Assembly: GCA_002633005.1 (NCBI GenBank)
Contig: NMRA01000172.1
Coordinates: forward strand, 362,348 to 426,347
Origin: Phoronis australis
Taxonomy: Eukaryota; Animalia; Phoronida
Direction: 5' to 3'
DNA: 64,000 nucleotides
Shown here: piece after piece, positions 63,159 through 64,000 of the stretch
Position numbering within the stretch: position 1 is the stretch's first letter
How the letters are laid out: every line of letters starts with the position of its first letter
Notes under the pieces: generated by a model
What the model saw: only the letters and a program-made list of their open reading frames with translations
Told to the model about the DNA's origin: nothing
The model's database searches: none
Translations under genes and position numbers: made by a program

Positions 63159-63360
63159 CATGACTACGGATTTAGGGGGGCATGGCCCCTCTAAAATTGT
63201 ATCAGATCCCATTTTTGAGTTCGGGTGCGAATTGCTGACTAGCACACGTGCGCAACCAGGGAGTCTTGTGGGGTGAATAAACAACGCACAGGCGCTGAAT
63301 GAACCCCGTTTACCGTTTTTTTTCCAAAAAGGACAGGGTCCTCAATCCCTCAAATTTGGG
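63159..63360 (+). mobile_element. partial copy of the 22836/23231 MITE family
   Basis: Shared CTAAAATT..CAGATCCCAT..GTTCGGGTGCGAATTGCTGACTAGCA..CCCGTTTAC. Confidence 0.6.
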
Positions 63361-63769
63361 GCCCAATATCGGCCCTATTCCTCTCACAAAAATATTGAAA
63401 TATCACGCGAAATTCCCCCACGAGGCATAAAAATTACCCTAATAAAAAATCTCTCTGAGGTCACATCACCTGTAACCGCACAGGTGATAATTTTTAAGAG
63501 CACAAAAGGCTACTTTAAATTGAGACAGAGCCTATGAGAGCTTGCAACAGGGCGGGGGTGCTATTGGGAGGTAGATTGTTCCCGCCCTCACTCGGCGAAA
63601 AAATCGCCTCTTAGTAGGTACTGGCACCTTTCCCCTCGGATGAACGAGGCTCCTGCAGAAACATGATAACTATGATTGCATTGTCCATTTAACTGAAATT
63701 GAGTTCTAAAACGAGGTTATGTTTTGGACGAACGAATTAGGTGTTTTAATTTTAAAATTCAACTTGGTC

Positions 63770-63900
63770 CAGATTGATATATGAAATCTAACACATGAAA
63801 TAGACGTAAGAATTGTTACGTCGCGGCGTATGGCAACGACCCAACGCTTCCGAATCTCAACGTCTTTAGAGATTGTAAAGCAGACAGTTGCGTGTCCGTA
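63770..63900 (-). mobile_element. THAP-domain remnant (DNA transposon)
   Basis: FTISKDVEIRKRWVVAIRRD...C.RF matches the THAP FPKD..RKRW..AIRR pattern. Confidence 0.45.
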
Positions 63901-64000
63901 TTTTTCTAGCCGTTCGCGGAACAACACGGACTGAAACACAGAACTAAGCCGATAAGCCAACAGAGCTATTGTAGCGAGCCTCGTTTTGGAACGCGCCTCC

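Overview
AT-rich eukaryotic DNA with spliceosomal (GT-AG) introns, most plausibly from a marine invertebrate (inference from the gene and transposon content; taxon not determinable). Intact genes: a 9-exon secreted glycoside hydrolase family 1 beta-glucosidase (minus, 28454-39531, 498 aa); a 4-exon secreted SOUL/heme-binding protein (minus, 49689-54055, 226 aa); three paralogous class A GPCRs with uninterrupted coding regions (plus, 4626, 12046, 42381). These have an opsin-like ECL2/TM7 but Asn where opsins have the retinal-binding Lys. One copy has an in-frame TM6 deletion and one has a transposon-derived C-terminus. The 3' exons of an unidentified low-complexity/coiled-coil gene lie at the right end. 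The left 17 kb is largely a local segmental duplication: a GH1 pseudogene fragment, a GPCR and a decayed unknown gene. The rest is a transposon landscape: L1/Tx1 and other LINE 3' ends, two ISL2EU-like YqaJ/THAP elements (one interrupted by a TTAA-flanked Kolobok-like element), a family of MITEs with 5-bp TSDs (one carrying a tRNA-like Pol III head), and micro/minisatellites. No prokaryotic features, rRNA or CRISPR were found.
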